Part shown: positions 60,509 to 64,000 of the stretch, piece after piece | Numbering within the stretch: position 1 is the first letter of the stretch | Layout of the letters: every line of letters begins with the position of its first letter | NCBI RefSeq assembly: GCF_016433145.1 | Contig: NC_058131.1 | Coordinates: forward strand, 107,797,610 to 107,861,609 | Source of the DNA: Gracilinanus agilis | Taxonomy: Eukaryota | Direction: 5' to 3' | Length of the DNA stretch: 64,000 nucleotides | Program-made: the position numbers and the translations under genes | Notes under the pieces: generated by a model | What the model saw: only the letters and a program-made list of their open reading frames with translations | Databases searched by the model: none | Told to the model about the DNA's origin: nothing

Positions 60509-61885
60509 AATATTTGCTTTCTAAACTACAAAAGTCTGTTAAACTCTGTGTGTCTTAGGTATAGCTTTAGGGCTTATTTATTAAAGCATAGGTTGTAATC
60601 TGGGCTTCTAGTATTTCTGAAACCAGAGAAATCTGAGATTCTTCCTAATAGGCACAAAAAGTACTGAAACTTGCCTATTCAAAACATTTTTCCTTTTTTC
60701 TACTCTCATCCCAGGCCAATGTAAAGAGATTAGAAGACATACATACAGACACCTACACACATCTACATACATATACATATAAATACATATATTTATACAT
60801 ACATCATTCAGTCCTCAAAATGTATACAGTAAAACTAAATCTACTTTCCTTGTCATAAAAAAGGCTTTTGTTCTTTGAAAATTGTGTTAAGAGACTATCT
60901 CAGAAAATCAAAACCATATTTCGATGAGTGAGCATAACATTATATTTATGTCAGGTCCTGTTAAAAAAATAAACACCAGTTGTAAAATACTATTAACGAT
61001 AGACTACATCTAAATTCTCTTCTGAGCTTCATTTACAGGTAAATTTACCTAACTCAGAATGTCTAACTGGGAAAAAAAAAACCTGACAGCCATCAGTCTT
61101 CTAAGAAATATATGGCTTCTTTCAGGAAATGTGGCATTTTCAGCTACACTGTACATTTAATAGAAGTGCCCCCATAAAGCTACTACCACTCAAAAGTCTC
61201 TATAAATTCCTGACATTATGAAGAATTTTCATCCCATAAAAAATGATAGACTTTAAAAGCTTGGGACAGATGCAGCATAATTCTACTCCCACATGCTTTA
61301 AGGCTATTTAAAGGGACTGTCAGCATGAATAATGCACAGAAGTTATTTTTACATAAAACGCACATAGAGGTTATATAATCATCTGGTAGATTATGACATT
61401 GATAACTAAAAGTTCAATTTATAAGATAAAGTAAGACTAATTCTGTTTGGCTGAGTTAAATTTTATAAGGTTAAATTGCTAAACTGTGATGATTGTTCCC
61501 CAATTTCCCCCCAATATTCATTTTAGAAAAAATGGCATATAATAACACTGGTATTTGTGAAAAGCAGAAAAATACAACTTTAGAGTACTTTGTGTGTGCT
61601 GATCCTTGAAAAAAGAGGAAGAGTCTCCTAAAGGAAAGGAATTATTCAGGAAAATAAATGACACTGGATATTCCTAATTCCTCATCTGTTCTTCCAAGTT
61701 GTGAAGTCATATTCTACAGGGAATAGTTGGTTTATTCCTTTAAATTATTTTAACAAAAATATGAAAATAATCCAGAAAAATCCTTCCGACTAATGACTTT
61801 TAGATCAACATAAGATCCAAACAAAAGTGAAAGGTTAAACTAAGGAAATTTACTATATTTTTTCGTTAATTTAAACCCCTTAAGG

Positions 61886-62091
61886 CAGTGATGGGCAAAC
61901 TTTTTAAAGAGGGGGGCCAAAGGAAAGGAAATACTCATCTGTCAGTCTGTTTCTAAGGCAACTCTTTCAAAGTTTCATTGTATTGTATTCTACTCACTGT
62001 ATTTATCAGATTAGGAATAATGTCACACAACTGGATAGAACATTTCAGGGGGCCCTCACCTGGTTTGTAGGCCATAGTTTGCCCATCACTT
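61886..62091 (+). mobile_element. hAT MITE, 206 bp, family C (OposCharlie-like)
   Basis: 15 bp perfect TIR agtgatgggcaaact / agtttgcccatcact (terminal g changed to t); perfect 8 bp TSD ccttaagg. Confidence 0.95.
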
Positions 62092-63099
62092 CCTTAAGGT
62101 ATTTGTATTTGTAGTTTTCTTAGTTTGAAACCTAGCGGTGCCCCAAATACTAAATTAGATATTTCTTAAGTCCCTTTGTAATGTTGAAAGTGACAGGTAG
62201 TATGTAAAGGTATTTTTGCCTTAATTATTTGTTTTCCTTACCTAAACTTATTGATTTCACTCAGTTCTTCTCCCATATGTTTTGGTTCCTTTTCAGGAAA
62301 CTATGCAACTAAGCATATTGAGACATATTTGTAAAGATTACTTTTCTCTATTAAAACAATTTGAAAAATAAAAGGTTGGCTTGATTGAAATGTAAAGCTT
62401 CACTGATAAGTCTTGTGGTCCCTAGCTCCCCAAACTCATTTCTGTGATTGCGTGTGTTTGTATTTTCAAAAGGACTATCCTATATATCACAGAAATTAAT
62501 AAGAATTAGTATTATTAAGGAATCATAAAATTCCAAAGATGGAAGGAATCTCAGAAAGAAAAGTATAATGATAGAAATTCATGAAGTGGAAAGAACAAAG
62601 CTTAAAAGACTGATATATCATGTTGATATTGTCGCAGGTTCCTCACTATTAGCCTCTTTCTGCCTTTTCACATCTGTCTCTTTTCCTAAATAATAGTCCT
62701 TTAGTTCTCTCTTTTACTGTAGCAGGACAGAAGCCAGAATATGAACAAATTCTTCAATAACTCTTTTCCTAATTATGGGAAAGTTATCATATATTAACAA
62801 AAGAATGGACTGGATATTTCTAGTTGTTTGCAAAAAATAGATTAATTTAAACATGATCTTTACACTAAATAGCTTATAGCACAGTCCTAAATGTAAAATA
62901 TGTCTTGCTTCTTCCCTCAGGAAATAAGAAAGAGAACATTATTGTTAGTGGTATTTTGGCATCACTTATATGAGGTTTAGAATGGGAAAGTTAAACAAAA
63001 CTAAAATAGTTATCCAAATATTCAAAGACGTTATCTTCCCCACAATAACAAAGATAATTTAGATGATCTGGGAAATTGCCTCAGTTTTCTCTTCAATAT

Positions 63100-63365
63100 C
63101 TAGTATAAATCATGACATCATAATAACAATATTTGCTTGGTGCTTTAAAGTTTACAAAGCATTTTATAGAAATTACCCCATTTAGTTCTGACAATAACCC
63201 TGGGAAATAGAGTATGGTTATTATTAAGCACATTTTATTGATTAGAAAACACACTTGAGGAGGCTAACTAAATTGTCAGAAGACATAAATCCTAAGTGGT
63301 AGAGCTGGTATTCAAACCCAGATGATTTCAAGAACATTCTTCATTCCATTATACCCACTATTTGT
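63100..63365 (-). mobile_element. MIR SINE
   Basis: taataacaatatttgcttggtgctttaaagtttacaaagc...agagctggtattcaaacccag. Confidence 0.65.
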
Positions 63366-63654
63366 CATAGAAGTGCTCTATTAGCAAATGGATATGGATT
63401 TTGAAATGAAAGCACCTGCACTTCTTTTAACCATCTGTTGTACAAGAATATATCTAGGACAAAAAACATATCAAATTCAGTTTAATTTAACAAACTTTTT
63501 TTTTAATTTACATTTTCAAATATTTTGGACAAAATATAGCACAGAAATTTTCTTATATGAACTAGAAGTTTATCATGCCTCTAACATGGTCTTCTTGAGG
63601 TTATAAAATTAGGGATAGATTTAATGTTTTCTCTTTTTCTATTCAATTTTCCAT

Positions 63655-63790
63655 AGTCCACCTATGAGCCCAGAAAGATTAGTCTACATAAGGTCTAGCC
63701 TCATGAAATGCTTTGCCAAAATCTAATTAAATAATATCTATAGCATTCTCCTGATCTATGTCAAACAAAGACATAAGATTAATGTGGCAT
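63655..63790 (-). mobile_element. CR1/L3 RT fragment
   Basis: Reverse strand reads DQENAIDII*LDFGKAFHE, matching CR1 RT motif VDxxYLDFSKAFD. Confidence 0.65.
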
Positions 63791-63990
63791 GGCATCATAT
63801 AGAATGCTTCTAGAGCTAAAAGGAAACTCAAACGCCACCTAATTCAACCACTTTATTTCACACAGGAGGAAAATGAGGTCTATGGAGGAGGTTAGGTAAC
63901 TTGTATAAAATAATACAGATAGTAAAGCCTCAGAGCTGGGATATGAATTCAGGTTTTCTGATTCTATATTATCTATTCCATTGAAATGCA
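63790..63990 (-). mobile_element. MIR3-like SINE
   Basis: ctagagctaaaagg...ttttcacacaggaggaaaatgaggtc...cagagctgggatatgaattcagg. Confidence 0.6.
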
Positions 63991-64000
63991 TTATTTCCAT

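Noticed and set aside
1-64000. CRISPR arrays, operons, phage/defence systems, tRNA, rRNA, snRNA genes, NUMTs, endogenous viral ORFs, V(D)J recombination signals
   Set aside because: None seen. No regularly spaced repeats or gene-dense ORF runs; tRNA-like A/B boxes occur only in SINE heads; cacagtg heptamers checked (12184, about 47713, about 59080) lack a nonamer at 12 or 23 bp.

Overview
AT-rich, CpG-depleted, repeat-dense vertebrate DNA with one 128-N scaffold gap. The SINE families (young tRNA-derived SINE1_Mdo/SINE-1_MD type, MAR1), hAT MITEs, L1, RTE, L2, MIR and CR1/L3 point to a marsupial, most likely a didelphid opossum (inference from remembered repeat consensus sequences, not a database search). 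I recognise no host protein-coding exon, RNA gene, viral element or prokaryotic system. The only ORF-track entries with recognisable proteins are decayed LINE-1 ORF1/ORF2 pieces. The window reads as a large intron or gene desert, and I cannot support a claim of a new biological system. The best leads are retrotransposition and repair signatures. (1) Two L1 insertions have target-site duplications but lack the L1 3' end: a 1.83 kb 5'UTR+ORF1-only copy and a 645 bp internal RT fragment. (2) An orphan poly(A) sits inside a 15 bp TSD. (3) A fold-back templated junction joins two nested L1s. (4) Two hAT MITEs share ends but have unrelated 44 bp cores and carry a CTCF-like motif. (5) An 85 bp local duplication is about 92% identical and keeps a CpG-containing CRE-like/nuclear-receptor motif. 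(6) Two long perfect AT-rich palindromes lie side by side. Boundaries of old repeats are approximate; TSD, TIR and palindrome coordinates were counted by hand.
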